Source: a virus. From it: a stretch of DNA of 32,000 nt. Position 1 is the stretch's first letter. Each line of letters opens with the position of its first letter. The DNA is taken from IMG/VR virus record IMGVR_UViG_3300043432_000087, positions 23,455-55,454 of that record; one strand, written 5' to 3'. Shown in pieces: positions 13,117-21,072 of this stretch. The translations under genes were made by a program, and so were the position numbers. The notes beneath the pieces were generated by a model that was not told the DNA's origin, made no database searches, and saw only the letters and a program-made list of their open reading frames with translations.

Positions 13117-13320
13117 ATGCTCGAGGCCCTCCTCTACGCAGGCTCGTCCGTCGTCCTGCTCGTCCTCGGCGGCCTCGGCGCGGTCGTCCTCGCCGCGGCC
13201 GGCGTCCTCCTCTGGGCCCTCGCCGCGGCGCTCTGGCAACGGGTCGAGCGGCGAGCCATGCGCCGGCTCACGCGCGGGGATCGGCGGTGGCTCGTCGCGC
13301 AGGGGATTCGGCCGTGGTGA
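13117..13320 (+). CDS. Small two-TM membrane protein
   Basis: 67 aa with RBS GTAGGAGGTGAGTC before the ATG. It has two hydrophobic helices (SSVVLLVLGGLGAVVLAAAGVLLWALAAALW) and a basic tail. Confidence 0.6.
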   Translation: MLEALLYAGSSVVLLVLGGLGAVVLAAAGVLLWALAAALWQRVERRAMRRLTRGDRRWLVAQGIRPW

Positions 13321-13514
13321 GGCGCGAGGACCGCGAGATCAGGGCGAAGTGCATTTTCTGCGGGGCGCCCGGGGCTCTGTTGCTCTTCCAGTTGATCCGG
13401 TGCCCGAACCCGGCCTGCCAGTTCTACGACCGTCACCTGTCCCCGGCGCCGCCGCCCGAGGACTGGCGCGGGGAGTCGATCGGCGGCAGGTGGGGCGGGT
13501 ATCCGTGGAAGTAG
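13317..13514 (+). CDS. Small zinc-ribbon protein
   Basis: GTG at 13317 forms a GTGA overlap (in frame in track ORF 13110..13514). It carries CIFCG...CPNPAC. Confidence 0.45.
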   Translation: MRREDREIRAKCIFCGAPGALLLFQLIRCPNPACQFYDRHLSPAPPPEDWRGESIGGRWGGYPWK

Positions 13515-13667
13515 TTCAGGCGGTCAACGGCTGTTCATACTGCGAAGCACGTCTCTTTGTTGAACCCGCCGAAGGGCCCGATTGGTTCGCTCGTTACCTT
13601 CCTGCCCATGCCTCCGCAAGCGTAACCCCTTGTCCCCCTGAGCATGCAAATTCATGAAATTTTGTTC

Positions 13668-13696
13668 TTGACTATTCACGAACGACTATGCATAAT
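13668..13696 (+). promoter_or_regulatory. Sigma-70-like promoter candidate for the early operon
   Basis: TTGACT (13668-13673), a 17-nt spacer, then CATAAT (13691-13696). It lies in the most AT-rich gap of the window (13515-13716), about 20 nt upstream of GGAGG and the ATG at 13717. Confidence 0.4.
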
Positions 13697-13716
13697 CATG
13701 CGCGGAGGATGCAAAA

Positions 13717-13959
13717 ATGACCCGCAAGACAAGCACACCGGAATCGCCCCCGTCGGAGGAAGACGCGACCGCGTTCATCACGGTCGAAGACGCGGTGTGG
13801 ATCACCGGCCTCAGCGAACGCACGATTCGGAAGTACGTCGCGGAGGGTGTGGTCCCGTCCTTTCGGATCGGGACCGGCAAGCGCAAGCTCGTGCGGATGC
13901 GCAAGCGGGACGTGCTCGGGCTCATGAAACCCATGCCGGGCACCGGCGCCGCGTCCTGA
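13717..13959 (+). CDS. Excisionase/MerR-superfamily HTH DNA-binding protein (Xis/AlpA-like)
   Basis: 80 aa. ITVEDAVWITGLSERTIRKYVAEGVVPSFRIGTGKRKLVRMRKRDV matches the HTH_17 excisionase-type pattern by eye. Confidence 0.65.
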   Translation: MTRKTSTPESPPSEEDATAFITVEDAVWITGLSERTIRKYVAEGVVPSFRIGTGKRKLVRMRKRDVLGLMKPMPGTGAAS

Positions 13960-13992
13960 TCCGTTCCTGCCCGATCATAAAAGGGGGAGAAC

Positions 13993-14253
13993 ATGTGGAA
14001 GCCCCTTCGCGCCTACGCCACGCAGTCCCTCGCCACCCCCACCCCGCGCCCGCCCGTGACGCGGGTCGACGCCGCGCTTGCGACGTACGCCGCCCGTCAG
14101 CAGGCCGTCGAGCGGACCTACGCCGCGTGGCGGGCGTGCGGGGTCCTGAGCCGGTTCTACGAGGAGCGGCTCGTGGCGTTTGGGGAGGCGCTGGACGAGC
14201 GGGAGTTGGCCTACGCCGAGGTGGTCGAGTGGCAGAGGGAGGCGATCAAATGA
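13993..14253 (+). CDS. Hypothetical protein
   Basis: 86-aa ORF with RBS AAGGGGGAGAAC before the ATG. Its stop overlaps the next ATG (ATGA). Confidence 0.55.
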   Translation: MWKPLRAYATQSLATPTPRPPVTRVDAALATYAARQQAVERTYAAWRACGVLSRFYEERLVAFGEALDERELAYAEVVEWQREAIK

Positions 14254-14795
14254 TTCAGACGACGACAGGAACCGGCGAGGCGGTAGAGGCCCTTGCGCGC
14301 CTCGGCGCGTGCGAGGAAGCGCGCAAATGGCTCTCGACGCAACCGGACGCTGCTACGGCGTGGCGCAGATGCCCACGAGGCGACTGGCTGCTCTGGATGC
14401 TTGGACGCGTCGCTGGACCGCCGGATTCGGACTCGCGGCGCGCTCTTGTCGCGTGCTGCCGCGAGGTCGCTCGGCTTGCGTGGCCGTTCGTGCGCGACGG
14501 GAACTTGGCGACGAAGATCGCGCTCTGCGATCACATCGTTAGCGAGTACGTCGATCGGCGGGCGGACTTAGAAGACATTCGCGCGGTGCGGAACGAAACG
14601 TGCGCCGCCGCCTACGCCGCCGCCGAGGCCGACGAAGCCGCCTACGCCGCCGCCTACGCCGCCGACGCCGCCGCCTACGCCGCCGCCTACGCCGCCTACG
14701 CCGACGACGCCACGCGAAGGAAGATCCTCTCGCGCGCCGCAACGATCGTGCGCCGGCACTACCCGATGGCGCCTGTGTGGGAGGCGCTCCCGTGA
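14250..14795 (+). CDS. Hypothetical protein with C-terminal Ala/Tyr tandem-repeat region
   Basis: ATG at 14250 (ATGA overlap; in frame in track ORF 13644..14795). The N-terminal part reads ALARLGACEEARKWL...CPRGDWLLWMLGR. The C-terminal part reads AAAYAAAEADEAAYAAAYAADAAAYAAAYAAYADDA. Confidence 0.6.
   Translation: MIQTTTGTGEAVEALARLGACEEARKWLSTQPDAATAWRRCPRGDWLLWMLGRVAGPPDSDSRRALVACCREVARLAWPFVRDGNLATKIALCDHIVSEYVDRRADLEDIRAVRNETCAAAYAAAEADEAAYAAAYAADAAAYAAAYAAYADDATRRKILSRAATIVRRHYPMAPVWEALP
14604..14712 (+). repeat. Imperfect tandem GCC-GCC-TAC-GCC type repeats (coding, AAYAAA)
   Basis: Read directly from the sequence. The other frames and strand of this tract give the poly-Arg artefact ORFs in the track. 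Confidence 0.9.
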
Positions 14796-15073
14796 CCGCC
14801 CGCGGCCACCCCGCCTCCGACCGCCCGCCCCGCGACTACGCGGAGGCCCTCGCCCGTCGCGCCGCGCGCAAGCGCCGTGAGGCCGGCGACCGCGGGTCGT
14901 CGTCCGCGGACTCGTGGCGGTGCCCGGTGAAGGGCGGGCAGGGTAAGCCGGACGCAACCCTGCACTCTGAGGGACTCGCGTTCAGCGTGGCCATCGCTCT
15001 CGCGATTGCGGTCGTGTCGGTGTTCGTGGCGGTGGCGGTGATCATCCATGCACTCGGAGGGCAGGCCTCGTGA
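14792..15073 (+). CDS. Small protein with C-terminal TM helix
   Basis: GTG at 14792 (GTGA overlap; in frame in track ORF 14600..15073). The C-terminus LAFSVAIALAIAVVSVFVAVAVIIHAL is strongly hydrophobic. Confidence 0.45.
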   Translation: MTARGHPASDRPPRDYAEALARRAARKRREAGDRGSSSADSWRCPVKGGQGKPDATLHSEGLAFSVAIALAIAVVSVFVAVAVIIHALGGQAS

Positions 15074-17196
15074 GCACCTACTCCGGCGACATCCGCTTCG
15101 CCCGCACAGGCCCCGTCCTCGCGGCCCTCGACCCGGCCGACATGGACGAGACGATCACCCGCTACCGCGCGGCGCACGCCCGCGGCGACTCGGCGGAGGC
15201 GGTGAAGATCGCGGACCGGCTCGCGCGAGCGGGGTTCTTCCGCGTCATGGAGGGCGACGCGACGCCGAACCCCGTCGCCGCCATTGTCGGCAAGTGGCCG
15301 GGCGCCGAGACGGAGGCGGAACTGGTCGCCGGGCTGACGCCAGTCGCCCCCGAGGTCGAGCGCGACGCGACGGGTGCCACGGTGCGGCTGAACCTCAGCG
15401 CGGAGGCGCCGCGCGTGAAGCGGACGCGACCCGGAGCGAAGCGATGCACCCGCTGCAAGCACTCCAAGAGCAAGCACACCGACGCGGGCGGCGGCTGTCT
15501 CGCGCCCGAGGAGAAGGGTTCGGCGATCATGTGCCTCTGCGCCGGGTTCGTAGACGGGCCGGTGCCAACCGTCGCCGAAGTCGAAGCGCAACTCGTCCAA
15601 GACACGGCCTCCGCGTCCCCGCACGCGGCGGGGTTGACCCGGGATGGTGCCTCGGGAAATCCGAACGGCTCGTCGATCGAGCCGGAGGCCACCTACTCGC
15701 CCGAAGGCGCATGGGGCGATTACGTCGGCTCGACGATCGCCGGGTTCATGCCGGACGCACCCGCACCCCACATTCACATCCCCGCCGCCCCTCGCGTAGA
15801 GGGGAGTGCTGACCTCGCGACTGGACCCCGCGAGGCCGCACGGGACGACGGCGGGGACACCCCTATATCTGAGACGGGCGGTCCCCCGGCTCTTTGCGAC
15901 GCGGCCGGGCCCGGCTTCGTCGTGGGGAGTGTCGCCCTCGGGGTTGCTCCCGAGGAGATCGATGCCGGTCCGAATCCGGCCAGACTCACTACCTCTCTCC
16001 CCCCGGCGGCCCCGCCCTCTCCCTCGGAGCCGCCTTCGGTCGCGGACGGCGTGCCTGTCGTGGCGCCGCCCGCGGCTACCTCGGACCCGGAGTGGATCGG
16101 GGGTCTTGGCTACGCGGCCGTGGTCGCTGACATGATTACGCCGCCCCTCACCGTCCGCGAGCAGGGGGCCGTGGACGACGCGGAGGCGGAACGGGGGCGG
16201 GAGGAGGCGAACGAAGCGCCGGCAACCGACTGGACCCGCGTTCTCACGGCGTCTCGGCTGCGGACCTATCGCCGCTGCCCGCGCGAGCACCACTTCGCTT
16301 ACGAGCGCGGCATTCGGCCCGTCGAGAACGGAGCCGCCCTACGCTTCGGGACGTTCGTCCACAAGTCCCTGGCTGCATGGTGGGGATCGCACGGCGACCG
16401 GCTCCAAGACGCCCTCGCCGTGTTCGCGGAGGCCGTCGAGGCGGACCCATTCGACCTCGCCCGAGCTCGCGCGATGATGCTCGGCTATCAAGCCCGCTGG
16501 ATCGAAGAGCCGCTCGAGGTGCTCGCGGTCGAGCGTGAGGTCCCGGTCGCGTCGCTCCGCAACCCCGACACGCGCGCTCCCTCGCGAACGTGGAAGCTCG
16601 GCGGCAAACTCGATGCGGTCGCACGCGACCTCCGCGACGGGCTCGTCTACATCGTCGAGCACAAGACCACGAGCGACGACATCTCGGCGGGCGGGGACTA
16701 CGCACTGAACATCCGCCTCGACGGGCAGGTGTCCACATACTACGAGGGCGCCCGACGCCTCGGCTTCGAGCCGGCTGGGTGCATCTACGACGTGATGCGG
16801 AAGCCGACCATCCGCCCGCTCGAGGTGAACTCCCGTCGCGCCGCGCCGGAGACACCGGCCGAGTATGAGGCGCGCTGCGTCGAGGCGATCGCCGAGGACC
16901 CCAACCGCTTCTATGCCCGCTTCCAGGTCGTGCGGCTGAACAAGGAACTCGAGGAGCACGCCCGCGATACCTGGGACCTTGCCCGCACTATGCGCGAGAG
17001 CGAGATCGCGGGGCGTGCACCGAAGAACGTGGACGCCTGCCGGCGGTTCGGCGGGCGCTGCTCCTACTTCTCGGTGTGTTGCGGCGAGGCGTCACTCGAC
17101 GACGAGACACGATTCCGAAAGGTGAACTTCGTTCACCCCGAACTGAGCCCGGAAGGCTCAACGGCGAAAGAGGTGCCAAGTGCAAACAAGCCCTGA
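15070..17196 (+). CDS. Cas4/RecB-like PD-(D/E)XK exonuclease with a long low-complexity N-terminal extension
   Basis: 708-aa ORF. The C-terminal ~300 aa carry an N-terminal Cys (LRTYRRCPREHHF), GKLDAV...IVEHKTT (D...ExK), QVSTYYEG (QxxxY) and a C-terminal Cys cluster (CRRFGGRCSYFSVCCG), the Cas4/AddB-type Fe-S arrangement. The N-terminal ~400 aa are Pro/Ala-rich with a Cys/His cluster (CTRCKHSKSKH...CLCAGF). An internal start for the nuclease domain cannot be excluded. Confidence 0.75.
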   Translation: MSTYSGDIRFARTGPVLAALDPADMDETITRYRAAHARGDSAEAVKIADRLARAGFFRVMEGDATPNPVAAIVGKWPGAETEAELVAGLTPVAPEVERDATGATVRLNLSAEAPRVKRTRPGAKRCTRCKHSKSKHTDAGGGCLAPEEKGSAIMCLCAGFVDGPVPTVAEVEAQLVQDTASASPHAAGLTRDGASGNPNGSSIEPEATYSPEGAWGDYVGSTIAGFMPDAPAPHIHIPAAPRVEGSADLATGPREAARDDGGDTPISETGGPPALCDAAGPGFVVGSVALGVAPEEIDAGPNPARLTTSLPPAAPPSPSEPPSVADGVPVVAPPAATSDPEWIGGLGYAAVVADMITPPLTVREQGAVDDAEAERGREEANEAPATDWTRVLTASRLRTYRRCPREHHFAYERGIRPVENGAALRFGTFVHKSLAAWWGSHGDRLQDALAVFAEAVEADPFDLARARAMMLGYQARWIEEPLEVLAVEREVPVASLRNPDTRAPSRTWKLGGKLDAVARDLRDGLVYIVEHKTTSDDISAGGDYALNIRLDGQVSTYYEGARRLGFEPAGCIYDVMRKPTIRPLEVNSRRAAPETPAEYEARCVEAIAEDPNRFYARFQVVRLNKELEEHARDTWDLARTMRESEIAGRAPKNVDACRRFGGRCSYFSVCCGEASLDDETRFRKVNFVHPELSPEGSTAKEVPSANKP

Positions 17197-18145
17197 CCTC
17201 AAGACGGGCGGGCAGGCGAGAGCGTCTGCGACCGTCGCTCGAACGTCCCGACTCGCTGGCGTGACCAGCGGCCGGGTGGAGTCTCCGCTCCGCGTGCTCC
17301 TCTACGGAACGGAGGGCGTCGGCAAGTCGACCTTCGCCATGGGGGCGCCGAACCCGGTCTACCTCTGCGCGGAGGACGGGACGGAGCACCTCGACATCCA
17401 CCGGCTCCCGGCGCCGCGCACCTGGACGGACGTGCGGGAGTCCATCCGCGACCTCACGACCGAGCCGCACGACTTCCGCGCGCTCGTCCTCGATACGGTC
17501 GACTGGATCGAGCCGATGCTGTGGGAGCACATCTGTCAGAAGAACGGCAAGGCGTCCATCGAGGCGTTCGGCTTCGGGAAGGGCTATGTCGCGGCCCTCG
17601 ACGAGTGGCGTCTCTTCGTGGCCGACCTCGAGCGGCTCCGCAAGGACCGCAAGATGTGGATCGTCCTCCTCGCGCACGCGGTCATTCGCACCTTCAAGAA
17701 CCCGGAGGGCGAGGACTACGACCGCTGGCAGTTGAAGATCCACGACAAGGCGAGCGGACTCCTCAAGGAGTGGTCCGACTGCGTTCTCTTCGCGAACTTC
17801 GAGACGTGTACGTTCGAGGACTCGAAGGCCAAGACGAAGGCCATCTCGAGCGGCGCCCGCTTCGTTCACACGCAGCGGCGGGCGGCGTGGGATGCGAAGA
17901 ACCGCTACGACCTTCCGGAGCGGCTCCCGCTCTCGTGGGCGGACTTCGCGGCGGCCCTCAACGCCCGTCGCCCGTCCGACCCGGCGAAACTCCGCGAGGA
18001 GATCGCGGCCCTCGTCGCGCAGGTGAAGGACGAGGCCATCTCCAAGTGGGTCGCAGACGCGCTCACGAAGGCGGCGAACGACGCGGCGTCGCTCGCGAGG
18101 ATCAAAGACAGGCTCGCGGCGAAGGCCGCTCAGGTGGAGGCATAA
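17180..18145 (+). CDS. Sak4-like (AAA_24/RecA-fold) single-strand annealing ATPase
   Basis: Walker A RVLLYGTEGVGKST and Walker B ALVLDTVD. The genomic context is phage-typical, between a nuclease and an SSB. The start is uncertain: an in-frame GTG at 17261 would sit closer to the Walker A motif. Confidence 0.75.
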   Translation: MQTSPDLKTGGQARASATVARTSRLAGVTSGRVESPLRVLLYGTEGVGKSTFAMGAPNPVYLCAEDGTEHLDIHRLPAPRTWTDVRESIRDLTTEPHDFRALVLDTVDWIEPMLWEHICQKNGKASIEAFGFGKGYVAALDEWRLFVADLERLRKDRKMWIVLLAHAVIRTFKNPEGEDYDRWQLKIHDKASGLLKEWSDCVLFANFETCTFEDSKAKTKAISSGARFVHTQRRAAWDAKNRYDLPERLPLSWADFAAALNARRPSDPAKLREEIAALVAQVKDEAISKWVADALTKAANDAASLARIKDRLAAKAAQVEA

Positions 18146-18146
18146 C

Positions 18147-18650
18147 ATGCCGGACATTCCCGCGGGGCGCTACAAGGCGCGCGCTATCGAAGCGACACTC
18201 GGGCTCACGAACGGCAACAAGGAGCAGGTGGGCGTCCTCTTCGAGATCCTCGAAGGAGATCAGGCCGGGGCCAGGATCACTTGGTACGGCTACTTCCACG
18301 GCACGACGCCCGAGAAGGGCGCGAAGAACGCGAAGCGTACGCTCGAGTCCCTCCGTGCGTGCGGCTGGAAGGGCGACGACCTCACGAACCTCGACGGCGT
18401 GACGGAGTGCGAGGTCGAGCTCCAGGTCGAGCGCGACACCTACGAGGGGAAGGAGCGGGCGAAGGTCGCCTGGGTGAACAAGATCGGTGGCATCGCGATG
18501 AAGTCGCCGCTCACGGGCGGGGCCGCGCAGGCGTTCGCGGCGAAGATGCGCGGGCTCGCGATGTCCGTGAAGGCGGAGGTGCCCGAACCGCCGCCGGTCC
18601 AGACCCCGCAGCAGGCCATGGGGATTCAGGACGACGACATCCCCTTCTGA
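18147..18650 (+). CDS. Phage single-stranded DNA-binding protein (DUF669-type) with canonical SSB C-terminal tip
   Basis: 167 aa with RBS GGTGGAGG. The N-terminus MPDIPAGRYKARAIEA...GVLFEILEGD is typical of DUF669. The protein ends in ...IQDDDIPF, the acidic D-D-D-I-P-F tip of bacterial SSB. Confidence 0.7.
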   Translation: MPDIPAGRYKARAIEATLGLTNGNKEQVGVLFEILEGDQAGARITWYGYFHGTTPEKGAKNAKRTLESLRACGWKGDDLTNLDGVTECEVELQVERDTYEGKERAKVAWVNKIGGIAMKSPLTGGAAQAFAAKMRGLAMSVKAEVPEPPPVQTPQQAMGIQDDDIPF

Positions 18651-18663
18651 GGTGTGTTTCCTC

Positions 18664-18686
18664 GCCCGCGGCCCGTCGCCGCGGGC
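18664..18686 (+). terminator. GC-rich stem-loop after the SSB gene (terminator or processing/attenuation site candidate)
   Basis: A perfect 9-bp stem, GCCCGCGGC (18664-18672) and GCCGCGGGC (18678-18686), with a 5-nt loop. It lies in the 62-nt gap before the sigma-factor gene. The downstream stretch CTCTCTTGCG is only weakly T-rich. Confidence 0.4.
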
Positions 18687-18712
18687 AACCCTCTCTTGCG
18701 AGGCCCCGGTCA

Positions 18713-19459
18713 ATGGGTAAAACCGCTGGCGTCACCCAACCGACCCAATGGTCGGACACGTCGCAGGCAGCCGCGCGAGCGCGTGCCAACTCCGGCTTCG
18801 CCGACCTCTTCGACTACCTCCGCGACCTCGCCCCCGAGATCCTCCCCGCCGACGAGGCCCGCGACCTCGCCCGACGGGCGCAGGCCGGCGACGCGGCGGC
18901 GCAGGCGCGCGTGATTCGCAGCATCGCCCCGTTCGTGGCGAGAGCGGTGATAGACCGGGCGGGCGGCTACTTGCGGCGGTATCTCGCCGACGTGTTCGCG
19001 GAGATGATTCGGTTGTGCCTCGAAACGCTCACGCGGTACGACGGACGGGTCGCGGTGCTCTCGTACCTCGGAACGACCGTGACGCACAACCTCAAGGACA
19101 TCTCGCAGCGCAAGTTCCCGCCGGCCGGCGTCCACGTCCCGCTGTACCTCTTCAAGCGTGACAGCGCCCCCGACATCCACGTCTGCGACCAACTCTACGA
19201 CGACGTGGACGACCCGTCCGTCACGACCCCGGCCGTCGAGTTGCCGCACTACGCCCCCGGTCGCGGCCTCGCCGCGCTCGAGGGCCTGCCCCCGCGCGAG
19301 CGCGAGCTGTTGACGCTGCGCTACGGACTCGGAGGGCGGGCGCCGATGCGGCTCGAGGAGGCGGCGCGGGTGCTGGGGTTGAAGCGGTTGGCGGCGCGGA
19401 AGTTGGAGGCGCGGGCGATGGGCCGATTCGTAGGAGGTGACGCCAATGTTCCCGCTTGA
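18713..19459 (+). CDS. Sigma-70 family RNA polymerase sigma factor (regions 2 and 4)
   Basis: ATG at 18713 (in frame in track ORF 18281..19459, whose 5' part overlaps the SSB gene). The region 2-like segment reads DLARRAQAGDAAAQARVIRSIAPFVARAV. The region 4-like HTH reads LEGLPPRERELLTLRYGLGGRAPMRLEEAARVLGLKRLAARKLEARAM. Confidence 0.7.
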   Translation: MGKTAGVTQPTQWSDTSQAAARARANSGFADLFDYLRDLAPEILPADEARDLARRAQAGDAAAQARVIRSIAPFVARAVIDRAGGYLRRYLADVFAEMIRLCLETLTRYDGRVAVLSYLGTTVTHNLKDISQRKFPPAGVHVPLYLFKRDSAPDIHVCDQLYDDVDDPSVTTPAVELPHYAPGRGLAALEGLPPRERELLTLRYGLGGRAPMRLEEAARVLGLKRLAARKLEARAMGRFVGGDANVPA

Positions 19460-19757
19460 GGTCTACAGCGAGCCCCGTGTCCCGGCGCCGCTCACCGAGG
19501 CGCTCGTGGAGGCTAGCACGATCATCAACCATTGGCTCGAGCACGGCCTCTACGAAGGCACGGAGGAGATGGCGGCGAAGGTCGTTCTCGGCTGGGCAAG
19601 CGTGTACCTGACCGAGCGTATTGCGGCGGCGCTCCTCGCGGCCCGCGGCTACGACCTCGACGCCTTGTGCGACCTCCTCGACGCGCGGCAGGTGACCGGC
19701 AAGAGCGTGGGGGATTGCTTCGCGGAGTGGGAGACGGCGAAGGAGGCCCGCCCATGA
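19446..19757 (+). CDS. Hypothetical protein
   Basis: I prefer the ATG at 19446, which is 8 nt after AGGAGG. The track's GTG at 19437 overlaps the RBS. No motif recognised. Confidence 0.5.
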   Translation: MFPLEVYSEPRVPAPLTEALVEASTIINHWLEHGLYEGTEEMAAKVVLGWASVYLTERIAAALLAARGYDLDALCDLLDARQVTGKSVGDCFAEWETAKEARP

Positions 19758-20266
19758 GCCACGACCCGAACGACGCCCTCATCCGCGTCGCCTGCCGCGA
19801 CTGTGGCCTCACCGTCACGGCCGCGGAGTACCCTTCGGGCTGGGTGTCCGAGAAGGGGTACGAGCAGCCGCAGCACGACCGCTGTCCTGCGTGCTATCAG
19901 CTCCACCGCGGCGCCACGCGGCGGGTGGAGGCGGCGGCGCCGCCGGCAGTCACGCGCAAGCGGGTGTTTGTCGCCTCGCCATTCAAGGGCGCGTCGCTGG
20001 GCGAGCGGGTCGATAACTACCAGCGCGCCGTCGGCTACTGCCGCGATGTCGTCGACGCTGGTCACGCTCCGTTCGCGCCGCACGTCCTCTACCCGTTCCT
20101 GCTCGACGAGGACACGCCGGAGGAGCGTGCGGCCGGCATCGCGTGCGGGATGGCGTTCCTCGCGGTCTGCGATGAGTTGTGGGCGTGGTCGACGTCGCCG
20201 GGCGTCGAGGCCGAGGTGGCGGCAGCGGAGCGGTTGGGGATTGTCGTGCGGAGGATGACCGCGTGA
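19754..20266 (+). CDS. Zinc-ribbon plus nucleoside 2-deoxyribosyltransferase-like (DUF4406-like) domain protein
   Basis: ATG at 19754 (ATGA overlap; in frame in track ORF 19532..20266). The N-terminus carries CRDCG...CPAC. The C-terminus reads RVFVASPFKG...NYQRAVGYCRDVVDAGHAPFAPHVLYPFLLDEDTPEERAAGIACGMAFLAVCDELWAW...GVEAEVAAAERLGIVV. It resembles the NDT-like Rossmannoid family as I remember its pattern. Confidence 0.5.
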   Translation: MSHDPNDALIRVACRDCGLTVTAAEYPSGWVSEKGYEQPQHDRCPACYQLHRGATRRVEAAAPPAVTRKRVFVASPFKGASLGERVDNYQRAVGYCRDVVDAGHAPFAPHVLYPFLLDEDTPEERAAGIACGMAFLAVCDELWAWSTSPGVEAEVAAAERLGIVVRRMTA

Positions 20267-21072
20267 AGCCCTACTACGAGTCGGGCGGCGTGACGATCTA
20301 CCACGGGGATTGCCGGGAGGTGCTGCCGACGCTCTCCGGGGTTCAAGTCATCGTCTCGTCGCCTCCGTACTGGTCGCTGCGGGTCTACTCCGGCGACGGC
20401 GAACTCGGGTCCGAGAAGACGCCAGAGGAGTACGTGGCCAATCTGGCTTCCGTCCTCGGTGCCGCCCGAGAGACTCTGAACGACAACGGCACGCTCTGGT
20501 TGAACCTCGGAGACTCTTACGCGGCGAGCGGCAAGGGCGGCGGCGGCAATCGCGGCGATCGGCGTTGCTGGACGGACTTGGTTACGCGCACCGGGTTCCG
20601 AATGCCGCCGCCAGGCTACAAGATGAAAGACCTAACGCTGTCCGCTGCGAAAGCCGCTGAACGCCTACGTGCCGACGGTTGGTATCTGCGATCGACGGTC
20701 GTGTGGGAGAAGCCTGCGGCGACCGAGCCGCTCCGCGTTGATCGTCCCGCCGTCTCGCACGAGTACGTCTTCCTGCTCTCGAAGTGCGAGGAGTACAAGG
20801 CCGGATGCTCTGAGCGGTGGTGGGGCCACAGCGTTTGGCTCATTCAGCCGGAGTCGGTTGACGGCCACCCTGCGGCGATGCCGAAGGAACTTGCGCGACG
20901 CTGCATCTCAAGTGGATCTCACACAAACGATGTCGTTCTCGACCCCTTCATGGGCTCCGGCACCACCCTCCGCGCCGCCAAAGACCTCGGCCGCCGCGCC
21001 ATCGGCATCGAGATCGAAGAACGCTACTGCGAGATCGCCGCGAACCGGCTCCGCCAGGAGGTGCTATTTTGA
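20263..21072 (+). CDS. DNA methyltransferase, beta-class amino-MTase (N4-cytosine or N6-adenine), orphan
   Basis: GTG at 20263 (GTGA overlap). Motif IV IVSSPPYW comes before motif I VLDPFMGSGTTLRAAKDLGRRAIGIEIEERY, the order typical of the N6_N4_Mtase family. I saw no adjacent restriction endonuclease. Confidence 0.85.
   Translation: MKPYYESGGVTIYHGDCREVLPTLSGVQVIVSSPPYWSLRVYSGDGELGSEKTPEEYVANLASVLGAARETLNDNGTLWLNLGDSYAASGKGGGGNRGDRRCWTDLVTRTGFRMPPPGYKMKDLTLSAAKAAERLRADGWYLRSTVVWEKPAATEPLRVDRPAVSHEYVFLLSKCEEYKAGCSERWWGHSVWLIQPESVDGHPAAMPKELARRCISSGSHTNDVVLDPFMGSGTTLRAAKDLGRRAIGIEIEERYCEIAANRLRQEVLF

Noticed and set aside
11969-13657. 562-aa + strand ORF spanning the leftward cassette and the divergent gap
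   Set aside because: It runs antisense to three minus-strand genes that have good RBS and coupling. It also crosses the AT-rich intergenic region and two well-supported small + genes in other frames. Its composition is Arg/Ala/Pro-rich.
13630-13660. Second promoter-like hexamer pair (TTGTCC ... CATGAA) upstream of the called promoter
   Set aside because: It matches the -10 consensus poorly. Only the TTGACT-17-CATAAT pair is reported, and that one is itself only a by-eye candidate.
13717-13959. Integration module (integrase/attP) next to the Xis-like HTH gene or the tRNA genes
   Set aside because: No tyrosine or serine recombinase motifs appear in any frame of the window. The three tRNA-like genes are complete cloverleafs with CCA rather than partial att-type duplications. 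Lifestyle (temperate or lytic) therefore cannot be decided from this window.
14539-14742. Poly-Arg ORFs (minus strand 14539-14742, and the + frame 14600-15073 N-terminal part)
   Set aside because: They are alternative-frame readings of the GCC-GCC-TAC-GCC repeat array. Only the AAYAAA frame is continuous with a plausible protein. The 3' part of the 14600 frame is kept, from the GTG at 14792.
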